A stretch of DNA of 64,000 bases from Mobula birostris. Its lineage: Eukaryota. The stretch covers positions 44,491,130 to 44,555,129 of the forward strand of contig NC_092375.1 in the NCBI RefSeq assembly GCF_030028105.1, written 5' to 3'. The position numbers and the translations under genes were made by a program. Below are positions 1-12,669 of the stretch, piece after piece. The notes beneath the pieces were generated by a model. The model saw nothing but the letters and a program-made list of their open reading frames with translations, was not told where the DNA came from and did no database searches. How positions within the stretch are numbered: position 1 is the stretch's first letter; each line of letters opens with the position of its first letter.

Positions 1-900
1 TTGGATATGTCTGGTATGTTCTTGAAGGCACACACTCATCCACACAGGTCCTGACAAAGCCAGTGACAACTATGGCACATTCATTTAGATTCAGAGTATT
101 GTCCAGTCCATCGACTCAAAGCAGTCCTGTAAGCGCTTCTCCACCGCCCTTCACCATACTTTCCTGGTCCTCACCACTGGCATTCTGGTCTTCGGTCTCT
201 TCCTATATGCTGGGAGCAGGACTACAGCCAAGTAACTGGCAGGGCACAGTAAGCATTCTTGATGGTGGTATGATCGTGGTCATGTGTGTTGGTTCCTCTG
301 GTTCCACAGGTGATATGTTGGTGGTAGTTGTTCATAGACTTCTTCAAGCTGGCCTGGTTGAAACCCCACCATCATAGGCAGCAGTGTATGCAGTTTTATG
401 CCTGCTGATAACGTTGCTCAGCTCCTCTAGTGCCTGCCTGACATGTGGCTGAAATGGAATGTACACCATTACCAGGATGGTGGGGGGAAACACCCTCGGC
501 AGATAAAATGGACGACATTTGGCCGCTAGATGTTCCAGGCAGGTGAGCATGATGCCCCACGATGTGTTAATCATAAAGCATACTCCACCTCCTGTGCCTT
601 TAAAATTCTGAGCTGTCCTGTCGTTGCAGAGAATGGTGAAGCCATTGGGCTACAGCACTGTGCCCGAAATTGCTGGCGTGAGACGCGTTTCCATAAAGCA
701 TAGTACGCAACAATCTTTCTCTGAGGTCCTCAATTTTGTTTTCTAGAGACCGTACATTCACCAGCAGGGTAGAGAGCAGTGCAAGTCAAAGACCTTAGTG
801 CTTCAATCATACATGTAGACAGGGGCAGTGTCCTCTCTGCTGTTTTCTTAAAGAGGATCTGCATTCATGACCAGAGTCTGCCATTTGAGGTTTGTCAATT
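1..900 (-). mobile_element. Rex1/Babar LINE remnant, AP-endonuclease and EN-RT linker region, runs off window start
   Basis: Minus-strand translation gives NVRSLENKIEDL..CVLCFMET, KCRPFYLPR..ILVMVYIP (ORF 344-574) and LQDCFESMDW..CVDECVP, broken by indels. Confidence 0.8.
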
Positions 901-1186
901 TTGAGTGTCGATAGATATTTTTAAAAACGTTTTAAAACAATGCTATTTAATGAAGTTCCCATGGCTGTGACTGTGGATGTCAGCTGTAGCAGTCCTAAGC
1001 GGGAATATTTGATGACTCGCACACAAAGAGTTGCCAATTAATAGTGAAATCTTACCAGAAATTATTTATTCATTGATTCTATTGTGTTTCTTTGCATTTA
1101 CTCTGCATGCCTGCAAAAAATGAATCTCAGGGTAGCATATGGTGATCTATATGTATGTTGATAATAAATTTACTTTGAACTTTGAA

Positions 1187-1290
1187 CAGGGAGAACATGC
1201 AAGTTCCACACAGACAGCACCTGAGGTGAGGATTGAACCTGAAACTCTGGAGCTGTCTGGCACCACCTCAACTAGCTGTGCTACAGCACT
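1187..1290 (-). mobile_element. tRNA-derived V-SINE/HE1-like SINE 5' fragment
   Basis: Minus strand reads gtagcacagctagttgagg..ggttcaatcc (B-box-like), then gctgtctgtgtggaacttgcatgttctccctg (V-domain start). It abuts a Rex1-type tail at ~1110-1190. Confidence 0.55.
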
Positions 1291-2833
1291 GCATATCCTC
1301 AGTATTCAACCTCAATGACATTTTCCCAGACTAACTTCATATCCTGTGAAACTATGAACATCCGGAAATCTGTCATTTACTGAGCTTCCATAGCTCTGTA
1401 GAGTTTTCAAAGATTTATCCCTGCTGCGTAAACGAATTTCTCATCTCAGTCTTAAGTGACCTTTCCCGTATACTCTCACTGTTCCCTCTAAGCTGCATGG
1501 GTACGCAGCTCTGCAGTAACTATAATGTTCCTGCGCACATAACTTTTGTTGCCACACATCTGGAACTTTCTTTTACATAATGTCTCATTAAAATGCTGCG
1601 CAGTTTTCAGGCCGTGTACAAATTTCCTGCTCAGAGAAGTGGCTGGTCTGCACAGCTATATAAACATATGAGGGAACATTGGTCTTGGCTCTGATTCCAG
1701 GTGTCTTCTCAGCCATACGAAGCATTTTCCCAACATCCAGTCTATAAAGATTGTACAAGTTTCAATGAGATTACTTAAGTCTTTTAAATTCTAGCAAATA
1801 CCAGCCTGGTGTACGCATATGGTACGTCTTATGGCAAACCTAGCAAGACAGGAACCACTTTAATAAATTTTGCTGCATTCCATCCCTGTCAAATATAAAC
1901 CTTGTTTTTAGGTAAAGAGACCAAAACTGTGCATAGAATCTGAATCAGGTTTATTATTGCTGGCATGTGTCGTGAAATTTGTTAACTTAGCAGCAGCAGT
2001 TCAATGCAATACATAACAGAAAAAAATTACAGTATACATATATTGAACAGATTAAAATTCGAGCAAAACAGAATTAATATATATTAAAAAAGTGAGATAG
2101 TATTCATGGGTTCAATGTCCATTTAGGAATCAGATGGCAGAGGGGAAGAAGCTGTTCCTGAATCGCTGAGTGTGTGCCTTCAGGCTTCTGTACCTCCTAC
2201 CTGATGGTAACAGTGAGAAAAGGGCATGCCCTGGGTGCTGGAGGTCCTTAATAATGGACACTGCCTTTCTGAGACACCGCTCCCTGAAGGTGTCCTGGGT
2301 GCTTTGTAGGCTAGTACCCAAGATGGAGCCGACTAAATTTACATCCCTCTGCAGCTTCTTTCAGTCCTGTGCAGTAAGCCTCCCCCACCCATTCCAAACA
2401 GTGATAAAGCCTGTTACAGTGCTCTCCATGGTACATGTATAGAAGTTTTTGAGTGTTTTTGTTGACATACCAAATGTCTTCAAACTCCTAATGAAGTATA
2501 GCCGCTGTTTTGCTTTTTTTATAGCTGCCTCGATATGTTGGGACAAGGTTAGGTCCTCAGAGATCTTGACACCGAGAAACTTGAAGCTGCTCACTCTCTC
2601 CACTTCTGATCCCTCTATGGGGATTGTATGTGTTCCTTCATCTTACCCTTCCTGAAGTCCACAATCAGCTCTTTTGTCTTAATGACGTTGAGTGCCAGGT
2701 TGTTGCTGTGACACTGCTCCACTAGTTGGCATATCTTGCTCCTGTATGCCCTCTCGTCTCCATCTGAGATTCTACCAACAATGGTTGTATCATCAGCAAA
2801 TTTATAGATGGTATTTGAGCTATGCCTAGCCAC

Positions 2834-4250
2834 TGTCATAAGGTGGGGTGGCTGTGAGCGGACCCAAGTGCAAGACACAGACACTGAAGTACTAGGGACA
2901 GGACAAGGATACAGGGCGATGGCAAGGACATGGACAGGAAAAGCAGGAACCTGGAACAGGACTGGACAAAAGAGCTAGGAGCCCGGGCTTGGATTCCGAG
3001 CCAGAGACCGGACAAGGACCCAATACCTGGGTCTTGCCTCTGGCTCGGACCCCAGAACTAGGCAAGGACGAGGCTTGGCAGGCAGGCAGGACGAGGCAGA
3101 AATCTACAGGCTTGAAGCTTGAGGCTAGAGACTAGAGACTTGGCTCGGCTTGGCAAGAGGCTAGAGGCTAGAGACTTGGCTTGGCAAGAGGCTAGAGGCT
3201 AGAGACTTGGCTTGGCAAGAGGTTAGAGGCTGGAGTCTTCAGGCTCGAGGCTAGGCAAGAGACGAGGCGAGGCTTGGCAGGAGGCTGGAGACTTGAGACT
3301 AGAGGCGAGGCTGGAGGCTGGAGACTGGAGACTTGAGGCGAGGTTGGAGGCTGGAGACTTGAGACTTGAGGTGAGGCCAGGCTGGAGGCTGGAGACTTGA
3401 GGCGAGGCCAGGCTGGAGGCTGGAGGCGAGGCTGGAGACTTGAGACTTGAGGCGAGGCCAGGCTGGAGGCTGGAGACTTGAGGCGGGGCCAGGCTGGAGG
3501 TTGGAGACTTGAGGCGAGGTTGGAGGCTGGAGACTTGAGACTTGAGGCGAGGCCAGGCTGGAGGCTGGAGACGAGGTGAGGCCAGGCTGGAGGCTGGAGA
3601 CTTGAGGCGAGGCCAGGCTGGAGGCAGGCTTAGCAGGCTCCTTCTGGGCAGGGCGTGGATCACCTGGGCTGGGCGCGGTACTCCTGGGCAGGGCGCAGAT
3701 CACCACCTGACAGAGACAAAGGAGAGGAAGAAACAGAACCAACCCCAGGTAACGGCAGGATGGACTAGCTTACCTGGGCGGAGGCAAGGAACAGGAAAGG
3801 AGCTAGGGACAGGAAAGGAGCTAGGGACAGGAAAGGAGCTAGGAACAGGGTAGCCCCAGGAGCAGACAGCAAGACAAGGCAAGGCTACTGGCAAAGCAAG
3901 GCAAGACGAGAACTTCAGGTGAGGCAAGAGTTACCGGCAATACAAGGCAGGGCTTCTGGCAAAGCAAGGCGAGACAGAACTTCAGGGGAGGCGAGAGTTA
4001 CCGGCAAGACAAGACAGGGCTTCAGGTGAGGAAACAGAAGGCAGGGGAAGGGATACAAGGAGTAAGGACAAGAACAATCCAGCAACCACACCCTGGTCTC
4101 TGAAGGTATTAATGCAACAGCCCCAACGAGAATCAGCTGCCTCAATTAGCTCAACAAGGACAGAAACAGGGTAGGTAGGAAAACCTGGAGCAAGGGTCGA
4201 TGGACCGGACCGTGAACTGGAATATGCACTTTACGGACCGGATTATGACA
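2834..4250 (-). mobile_element. Solo LTR-like element (1417 bp) rich in internal tandem repeats
   Basis: Ends are TGTCATAA and TTATGACA (inverted, TG..CA). Flanking GCCAC duplication at 2829-2833 and 4251-4255. Removing it restores Rex1 THDCVARHSS apart from an extra (AC)2. Strand inferred from TATA-like and splice motifs. Confidence 0.8.
3120..3630. repeat. Compound minisatellite inside the LTR
   Basis: Units GGCTAGAGACTTGGCTTGGCAAGA (~24 nt) and GAGGCGAGGCCAGGCTGGAGGCTGGAGACTT (~31 nt) are reshuffled. An 18-nt unit GGACAGGAAAGGAGCTAG occurs about three times at ~3790-3845. Confidence 0.9.
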
Positions 4251-5384
4251 GCCACACACACAGTCATGGGTATAGAGAAAGTAGAGCAGTGGGCTAAGCA
4301 CACACACCTGAGGTGCACCAGTGTTGATCGTCAGCAAGGAAGAGCTGTTATCACCAATCCGCACAGATTGTGGTCTTCCGGTTAGGAAGTCCACGATCCA
4401 AGTGCAGAGGGAGGTAGAGAGGCCCAGGTTCTGCAACTTCTCAATCAGGATTGTGGGAATGATGGTGTTAAATGCTGAGCTAAAGTCAATGAACAATATC
4501 CTAGGTATTTGTATTATCCAAGTGGTCTAAAGCTGTGTGAAGAGCTATTGAGAGCATCTGCCATTGACCTATTGTTGAAATGGGCAAATTACAGTGCATC
4601 CCGGTCCTTCCTGAGGCAGACATTCAATCTAGTCATGACCAACCTCTTAAAGCATTTCATCACTGTAGATGTGAGTGCTACTGGGTGATAGTTATTAGGC
4701 AGCTCACATTATTCTTAATTAATGCACTGTGTAGTCTCACCAAGGCCCTTTATAAATACAGCAGGACATTTTTACTCCTGTCATCATTTCCTCTCCAATC
4801 AAAGGCCAACCTTCCACTTGCCTTTTTAATTGTTTGTGGGACCTAAACCCTAGCTTTCAGTGAATTATGGACAAAGATTCTTGAGTCTCTGTGAACAATA
4901 TCATTTCAGAATCTCTCACCATTTATAAAAAAAAAACCCTCTTTTTTTGTATTGCGCCTCGGAGTAGATAGCTTTGCATTTTTTCATGTTCTTCACAGTT
5001 CAAAATAAATTTATTATCAAAGTACTTTTATGTCACCATATAGAACCCTGAGATTCATTTTCTTGTGGGGATACACCATAAATCCAAGAAACACAACAGA
5101 ATCAATGAAAGACCTCACCCAGTAGGATAGACAAACAACTAATGTGCAAAAGACAATAAACCGCAAATACAAAAAGGGAAAAAAATTAATAGCAAGAAAC
5201 ATTTGCTGTTTTTGCTCAGCTTGTTTGTCCACAGCTTCTTGAAACTGCTTTAGATCTCCTCCTTACTGATAATTCATCCAAGTGTTGTATCATCAGCAAA
5301 CTTGGAAATATAACAATTGGTCCCTTCTGCCAAATCACTGATATAGATTAGAAAAAGCTGAGGTCCCAAACTGTGACCATTGTA

Positions 5385-7432
5385 GTAGCTCAAAATTAAC
5401 AGCCTGCCAGCAAAGAAAGTATGTTCTTGTCAGGGTTAAAGGCAAAGTGAGTAAGAATAAGGATCCTTGGTTCTCGAGGAATATTGGAAAGAAGAGGAGA
5501 AAGATGTATGACATGTATAGGAAACAGGGAGCAAATAAGGTGCTTGAGGAATATAAAAAATGCAAAGAAATGCTTAAGAAAGAAATCAGGAGGGCTAAGA
5601 GAAGACATGAGGTTCCTTTGGCAGTCAAGGTGAAGGATAATCCAAAGAGCTTCTACAGGTATATTAAGAGCAAAAGGGTAGTAAGGGATAAAATTGGTCC
5701 TCTTGAAAATCAGAGTGGTCGGCTATGTATGGAACCAAAAGAAATGGGGGAGATCTTAAATAGGTTTTTTGTGTCTGTATTTACTAAGGAAACTGGCATG
5801 GAGTCAATAGAAATAGGCAAACAAGTAGTGAGGTCATGGAACCTATACAAATTGCTTGCTATCTTGAGGCAAATCAGGGTAGATAAATCCCCAGGACCTG
5901 ACAGGGTATTCCCTCGGACTTTGAAGGAGACTGGTGTTGAAATTGCAGGGGCCCTGGCAGATATATTTAAAATGTCGATATCTACGGGTGAGGTGCCGTA
6001 GGATTGGAGGATAGTTCATGTTGTTCCCTTGTTTAAAGTAATCCGGGAAATTATAGGCCGGTAAGTTTGACGTCGGTAGTAGGTAAATTATTGGAAGGAG
6101 TACTAAGAGATAGGATCTACAAGTATTTGGATAGACGAGGACTTATTAGGGAGAATCAACATGGCTTTGTGAGTGGTAGGTCATGTTTAACAAATCTATT
6201 AAGTGTTTTTCAAGGGGGGTTACCAGGAAAGTAGATGTAGGCAAGGCAGTGGATGTTGTCTACATGGACTTCAGTAAGGCCTTTGACAAGGTCCCGCATG
6301 GGAGATTAGTTAGGAAGATTCAGTCGCTAGGTATACATGGTGAGGTAGTAAATTGGATTAGACATTGGCTCAATGGGAGAAGCCAGAGAGCAGTAGTGGA
6401 GGATTGCTTCTCTGAGTGGAGGCCTGTGACTAGTGGTGTGCCACAGGGATCAGTGCTGGGTCCATTGTTATTTGTCATCTATATCAATGATCTGGATGAT
6501 AATGTGGTAAATTGGATCAGCAAATTTGCTGATGATACAAAGATTGGAGGAATAGTGGACAGTGAGGAAGGTTTTCAAAGCTTGCAGAGGGATTTGGACC
6601 AGCTGGAAAAATGGGCTGAAAAATGGCAGATGGAGTTTAATACAGACAAGTGTGAGGTATTGCATGTTGGAAGGACAAACCAAGGTAGAACATACAGGGT
6701 AAATGGTAAGGCACTGAGGACTGCAGTAGAACAGAGGGATCTGGGAATACAGATACAAAATTCCCTAAAGGTGGCGTCACAGGTAGATAGGGTCATAAAG
6801 AGAGCTTTTGGTACATTGGCCTTTATAAATCAAAGTATTGAGTATAGGAGTTGGAATGTTAGGGCGAGGTTGTATAAGACATTGGTGAGGCCGAATTTGG
6901 AGTATTGTGTGCAGTTTTGGGCACCTAATTACAGGAAGGATATTAATAAGGTTGAAAGAGTGCGGAGAAGGTTTACAAGGATATGGCCGGGGCTTGAGAA
7001 ACTGAGTTACAGAGAAAGGTTGAAAAGGTTAGGACTTTATTCCCTGGAGCGTAGAAGAATGAGGGGAGATTTGATAGAGGTATATAAAATTATGATGGGT
7101 ATAGATAGAGTGAATGCAAGCAGGCTTTTTCCACTGAGGCAAGGGGAGAAAAAAAACAGAGGACATGGGTTAAGGGGGAAAAGTTTAAAGGGAACATGGG
7201 GGGGGGGGCTCCTTCACAGAGCTTCACAGAGCTGGAATGAGCTGCTAGATGAAGTGGTAAATGCAGGCTCACTTTTAACATTTAAGAAAAACTTGGACAG
7301 GTACATGAATGAGAGGTGTATGGAGGGATATGGTCCAGGTGCAGGTCAGTGGGACTAGGCAGAAAAATGGTTCGGCACAGCTAAGAAGGACCAAAAGGCC
7401 TGTTTCTGTGCTGTAATGTTTCTATGGTTTCT
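5385..7432 (+). mobile_element. CR1 LINE, 5'-truncated ORF2 (linker, RT, 3' UTR)
   Basis: ORFs 5447-6001 (NPKSFYRY, KSPGPD) and 6183-7358 (YMDFSKAFDKVPH, GVPQGSVLGP, KFADDTK, RRRMRGDLIEVYKI). CR1-like tail ends at ~7432. Confidence 0.93.
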
Positions 7433-7783
7433 ATTTGAATGTTCCCATTTTTTGCTTTGTGTTTGATAATCCATTCTCAGTGTACAAGTCCCAACATGTC
7501 TTCTAACCTGGATAAACAACCTACCAAAAGTGACTTTATTGAAAGTGGTCAGAAAATGTCAATGCAACACTTTGTTGTGAACTCCATTTAGCAAAAAAAG
7601 GTTGACATGGGCTCACTTTCAAGAATAATCAGGCTTTAGTGCTCTGAACCCTGACCACCATTCCCAGAGTGTCACTTTTATATAATAGTGAGCCAGCAGG
7701 CTCTCCCTTTGCTTATTCAGGCCATGGCGATATTGATTTTGATTTATCCTTTGAAGACAAATTACCATAAAACAATGCCTTAC

Positions 7784-8191
7784 CAGTAGCTTTTACATTC
7801 ACAGTCGTTCTGTCAGTGCGTTTGGAGGCTATGGTGTACCAGGACTTATCTGGATCTTGGATCCACTGCCTTGCCTCACAGTAGAAATCCCCTTGATCAG
7901 ATGCTTGCAGTCTGTAGATGGTGAGTTTGAAGGAATTGGCTCCCAACTTGTCCAGCCGTACATCACCTGATGCGTGTCTTTGTTTGTACGACTCTCCAGA
8001 GCGTAGAATGAAATCTCGTGTTAGAGATATGACTTTGAGACTGTGATCTCCCTTTTGTAGGTACCACGTGATGGCCATATGCGTGTGGTATGGTGTTTGT
8101 TCAGACACTTCACAGACCAGTTCCAGTGAGTCTCCTTCTACTTTATTCAGAGTCTTGGGCACAGATATGGCACTGAGCGTGTCTGGAATAA
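7784..8191 (-). CDS. IGSF3: IGSF3 (EWI family) exon encoding Ig V-set domain 2
   Basis: Acceptor tctttttctag|TT ATT CCA and donor ACT G|gtaagg; 408 bp, phase 1/1. Encodes (V)IPDTLSAISVPKTLNKVEGDSLELVCEV..W..VRLDKLG..SDQGDFYCEARQWIQDPDKSW, matching recalled human IGSF3 domain 2. It joins in frame with the 61020-61397 exon. Confidence 0.9.
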
Positions 8192-8284
8192 CTAGAAAAA
8201 GATAATACAGAAATTATCAATAGGGCATACCACAGGATATCGTTTATTAAAAGGGCTGTACAGGACTGAAGGATAGATCAATTT

Positions 8285-8490
8285 CGGGCAATGCAGTGGC
8301 ATTGTTGGCAGAGCTGCTGCCTCACACCGCCAGAGACCCAGGTTCAATTTTGATTTTGGGTGCTTTCAGTGTGGAGTTTTCATGTTCTCACTGTGCCTGC
8401 ATAGATTTCCACCAGATGTTGCCTTTTCCCCAACATCACAAAGATGTGCAGGCTGGTTGGCCAACTGGCCATTGCAGAATCTGGGACGGA
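8285..8490 (+). mobile_element. V-SINE/HE1-like SINE
   Basis: tRNA-like head (gcagtggc..ggttcaatt) followed by the V-domain-like gtgtggagttttcatgttctc..caacatcacaaagatgtgcagg. Confidence 0.65.
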
Positions 8491-8499
8491 TTGATGGGA

Positions 8500-8845
8500 A
8501 TAGAACACAGAACATTACAGCATTGTACACACATCCTTTCGGTTCAATGTCATTCCGATCTTTTAACTTCCTCCAAGATCAGTCTAACCCAAACCTCCCA
8601 CAAAGCTCTCTGCTTTTCCAACATCCACCTACCTAAGAGTCTTTTAAATGTCCCTAATATATCTGCCTCCTCCGCTACCCCTGGCTGTGCATTCCGTGTA
8701 CCCACCATGAAAAACTTAGCTCTGATATCACCCTTATACTTTCCCTCAATCACCTTAAAATGATGGCCCTTCGTATGAGCCATTTTACCGCTGGGAAAAT
8801 GTCCCTCTAGCTGTCCGCTCAATTTACGGCTCTAATCATCTCAGA
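8500..8845 (-). mobile_element. CR1 3'-end fragment
   Basis: Minus strand encodes HTKGHHFKVIEGKYKGD..FF, followed by a CR1 3' UTR with a tgttct tail. Confidence 0.75.
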
Positions 8846-11419
8846 ATGTGGGGAGAAAAGAAATAAAAGGGTGATTAATGTAGCCAGGGGGACCTGCTGG
8901 GCAGAAGGGCATGTTTCCGTGGCTGACCTTGCTTTGACTCAGAATCATTTCAGTGATAGGTTAAAACGTACTAGCATCATGACATTCACTGTAGACTGAA
9001 AGAAACGTCCAGCTTGAGCAGCTCTTAGGTATGCTCAGTTTTGAACACTGGTTACAGAATTGATCCATTCTAAGGAGCTCCCCTCTTAAAGCAAGCCTTT
9101 AGGATTAAAGAACCACAAAAAGGGCTATAAAAATAGACAAGAAAAAAGCACACTGAAAAAAAAGGATGAGATGAGATTTTGCATTATTCCGGAGCCAACA
9201 CCCAGAGCTATTTCAGCAGTGTCTTAGCTGCCTTCATTTAAAGCACTGCAAACATTTCAGTGTGAATGTTGACCTATTAATGCTTTGGTTTATCAGCAAG
9301 TACAGTACATTAACACCTTTTTTAAAATTAAGAGGATTTCAGATAAGTATATTCAACATTTATTTACCCATGTATCCTGCTTTAATTATGACACACACAT
9401 TTAAGTAAACAAAAACAAGCAGAGCTATATGTCAACAGCAATCTTGCAGAAAATTTTGCTGTCCAACTTTTTGGATTTTCATTATGGACTTAAGATTTTA
9501 GTTTTCAGCTATTTTGTTTTAACAAGAATCTAAATTCGTTGCTATAAACAGTACCAATGATTAGCATGAGCCATGATGAACAAGTAGTTACATACTCTTT
9601 AGTTTGCACAGCTGAGGATACTTGGCTGTGTTCCACATAGGATGACAGGGATTCTGGCTGGCATCAGCACATGAGTGCCTTGCCTAAAATCAGGGAGTTA
9701 ATGCATTTAAACAGAAAATTCCAAATTAGAAACAGGATGTGAGAATTGCCAAAAAAATAGGCCTGAGCTGGGAGACCTGTGGCAGAAAGGGAAGATGTGG
9801 AAAATGATGAAGGTAGGCAAAGAACGAATCTAAAGCAGACCTTTGAAACCTGGTTAAAGGGGTTAGCATCCCAGAGAGTTGGAAGTGGTACCTGCCAGGA
9901 GAGGAGTGGGTTTCAGACTATGGCACCTGAGAATAAAGCACCAATGGTGTGGGTCTTTGCTTTGAGAGTCATTTCTTGTGAATGTAGCCCCTTGGTACAT
10001 GGACGGAGGCAAAAGTAGCAACTAGCAGCATCACCACGATACCAAGGATGATTTTATCAGGACTGATAGTGCACAAAGTAGTTTACTAAATTTAGTAGGG
10101 CAGTAAGTAAATGTAACCAATCTCCAGTGGACCACCTTGACAACTTGCAGAAGGCCTCAGAGAAAATTCATCGCGTTCCATGCTATGTTGAGGTTTAGAA
10201 TCATTGGGATTTCATAGAACATATTTTCCTTCACACACTGGGTGATTGCCTGTCACAGTCTGCTCTCTTTAACATTCCCTCACATCTTGCAATGCTTGCT
10301 AACCCTTTGAAGCTCATCTCCAATGTCCAAATATCTAACTATATCCTTCACTTTGCTGCCTACTGATAGTCAAATTAGATAGAACATCAAAAAGAGCTGC
10401 TGTTATTTCACACTTATGAATTATTCTTGCAGGAGAAATTGTGTGCATGTGTCAAAAAGCAATCGGTCACAGGTGGGCATCGTGTGGAGATCAAGCCTTG
10501 ACCCAGTTACACAAAGAAGCTTTGCCTTTCCTGGGAGTCTTTCAAATCACAGTTAAAACCTGTACCCTGTGAGCAAAAAATCAAGTTTCTACAGACGAGT
10601 TATTATATTGGAGGTGCTAGTTATAGAAAGAGAGAAGATTGTGTATAGAACTTGTGACTGAAATATTGCAAAGGTAGCAAAACGTAACAGCAACAATCTG
10701 GTAAGGCAACATTTTAATTTGTTTCTTCAGAATCAAAGCTAATAGAATTAAAGCATGGAAATCATCTATCTGCCCTTCCAAATCTGGCAACAGCTTTTAA
10801 CTCTACCAGCCAAAAGAAAATGATTTAAGATTATTTGTAGACCACGGGAATTCAGCAAAGTGATATTACTGTGTGGATATCAAGAAAATACCACCACTAA
10901 GTAAGATCAGCTCTGAGGCCTCTGTGAGGAAAAGAAAAAAGCCTCTGAAATAATTATGCATCTGGAGACACTCAATACTTGACTAGCATGGAAATGAAGC
11001 CAAAGGTCATAAAAATGTTCCTTCTGAAAATGAGGCAGATGATCAGATGCAGCTAACTGAAATAACAACAGTTAATTTTATAAAATGTACCCACCCATTT
11101 CAGATATAGTCTAATGTTTGTTATCTTCATTTACCTGACTTTTCCCCCCAAAACTCAACAAAGCCCAGTTGAGTGAATGTACAACGAGGCAAATTAAATG
11201 GTAACATAATCCAAAATCGGCTCTTCAAAACATTACACAAAATCTGGCATCACAGTGGGTTGCATTTCTGACCATGAACCAAGATGCTACTGCAGAGGCT
11301 TGTAGCAGCTTAACAGGCAGGGGTTCTTCGGCCATTGCCCAAGCACCTGACGAAAGGATCACTGAACAGTCTGGACACGTCTGTCAGCAATACCCTGGCT
11401 AAAGATGGGCGCACCAGAA

Positions 11420-11780
11420 TTAGTTACACAGTAACCTGTGGTCATGCACTATGGATGGAAGAATATTGTTAAAAAGGGAGAGAGTACAAAATATTGCTAT
11501 GCAGAGGATCAGGATATCCTCGCACATGAATCACAGAAGGTCAGCATATAGGTGCAGCAAGTAATCTGGATGGGAAATGGAACATCAGCTTTTAAAGCAA
11601 AAAGGGGGTGCAGTATAAAAGTCTTGCTACAACTATGCAGCACTTTGGCAAGATCAATGTCTGGAATTGTTTCAACAGTTTTGGTTGCCTTATTTGAAGA
11701 GGCATAAACTTGCCCGGGAGTAACTAAACAATGCATAAGTTGACATGAAGAAAAATTGAGAAGATCGAGCCCAATGAGTT
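11420..11780 (+). mobile_element. Old CR1 RT C-terminal fragment
   Basis: Degenerate match to the CR1 segment (gtggtcatgcact, gcagtataaaagt..ctacaactat, cagttttggttgccttattt) seen in younger copies in this window. Confidence 0.55.
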
Positions 11781-12669
11781 TCAGCACAACTGCCTCAACT
11801 TTTCTTACTATATTAGCTGATGGTTCAATACACAGGTAGAACAAATTTAATTGGAAATTGTAACTAAAAGTACTGAAATATGAAATAAGTAAAATATACA
11901 GGTAAAACTTTGGAACTTTTTAAACTATTCTGCTTTGAATTTTTAATTCTCACTACAACCTTTTTATTTTCTGAAATAAGAAGTCCAATTCATTTCGAAA
12001 ATGTATTGCTTTGATCAAAATGTACCTTTAGAAACAAATTCTCCCATTCATTTTTTTTTAATTCTGCAGGTAATAGAAGCTTTTGTGGACTGTAATTGCA
12101 AATATGTGGATCAAATTTCCATGAAAATAATTTAATCCTGCCTCAAATGAAGAGTGAGAGAATTAACTAGTAAAGTAGCACAACAAAATAAGAATCGAAA
12201 GAAGTTTAAAAGAACAAATATAAATAATGCCAAGTATACATTGCATACTCGATTTATAAAACAGAAAAAATTTTAAAATCAGTAATGAGATCAGATTAGA
12301 CCAAAGGCCCAGACTATTATTCAGTCTTTGACATTGGCAAGTGTTTTAAAAATAATTTGAAGAAAATCATAAAAAATACCAGTCAAAATTACTAACTTTT
12401 AAAATAAGGGAAGTATTACTGACTTGTTGATTGGCAGTAATTGAAATGAAAACATGGATATATTATAGCTTTTGTATTGTATAGTTATGTATGGTTGAAA
12501 TAACTCATGAAAGTGACATGGGGGGGGTAGGGGTGGATGGTCAATCTGACACTTTCTGAAATAAATTGTGCACCCAGACTTAAGACAAGGGCAAGGGCAG
12601 GAAGGGAAGTGGGTATATCATACCCTGCAGGTTCTCCTCCAAGTCACAAACCATCCTCAACTGGAAAGA

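Larger units (their letters stand above)
1940..4715 (-). mobile_element. 5'-truncated Rex1/Babar LINE (RT to 3' end), interrupted by a solo LTR at 2834-4250
   Basis: ORFs 4146-4496 ([25 protein letters not shown]), 2615-2884 (YKFADDTTIVG), 2361-2603 (SSFKFLGV) and 2130-2321 (HPGHALFSLLPSGRRYRS) are consecutive Rex1 RT segments. The 3' tail is at ~1940. Confidence 0.88.

Noticed and set aside
3223-3927. Ser/Pro/Leu-rich ORFs of 75-147 aa
   Set aside because: They are translations of stop-poor tandem repeats inside the solo LTR, with no domain signature.
5335-7281. Minus-strand ORFs over CR1 copies (also near 12812-13220, 14471-14872 and 47923-48322)
   Set aside because: Antisense shadow frames of LINE ORF2.
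1-7783. Next IGSF3 exon (domain 3)
   Set aside because: No Ig-like minus-strand frame found and the region is mostly repeats; the exon probably lies outside the window.
9779-10018. 79-aa ORF in unique sequence
   Set aside because: No motif or splice support; length is within chance expectation.
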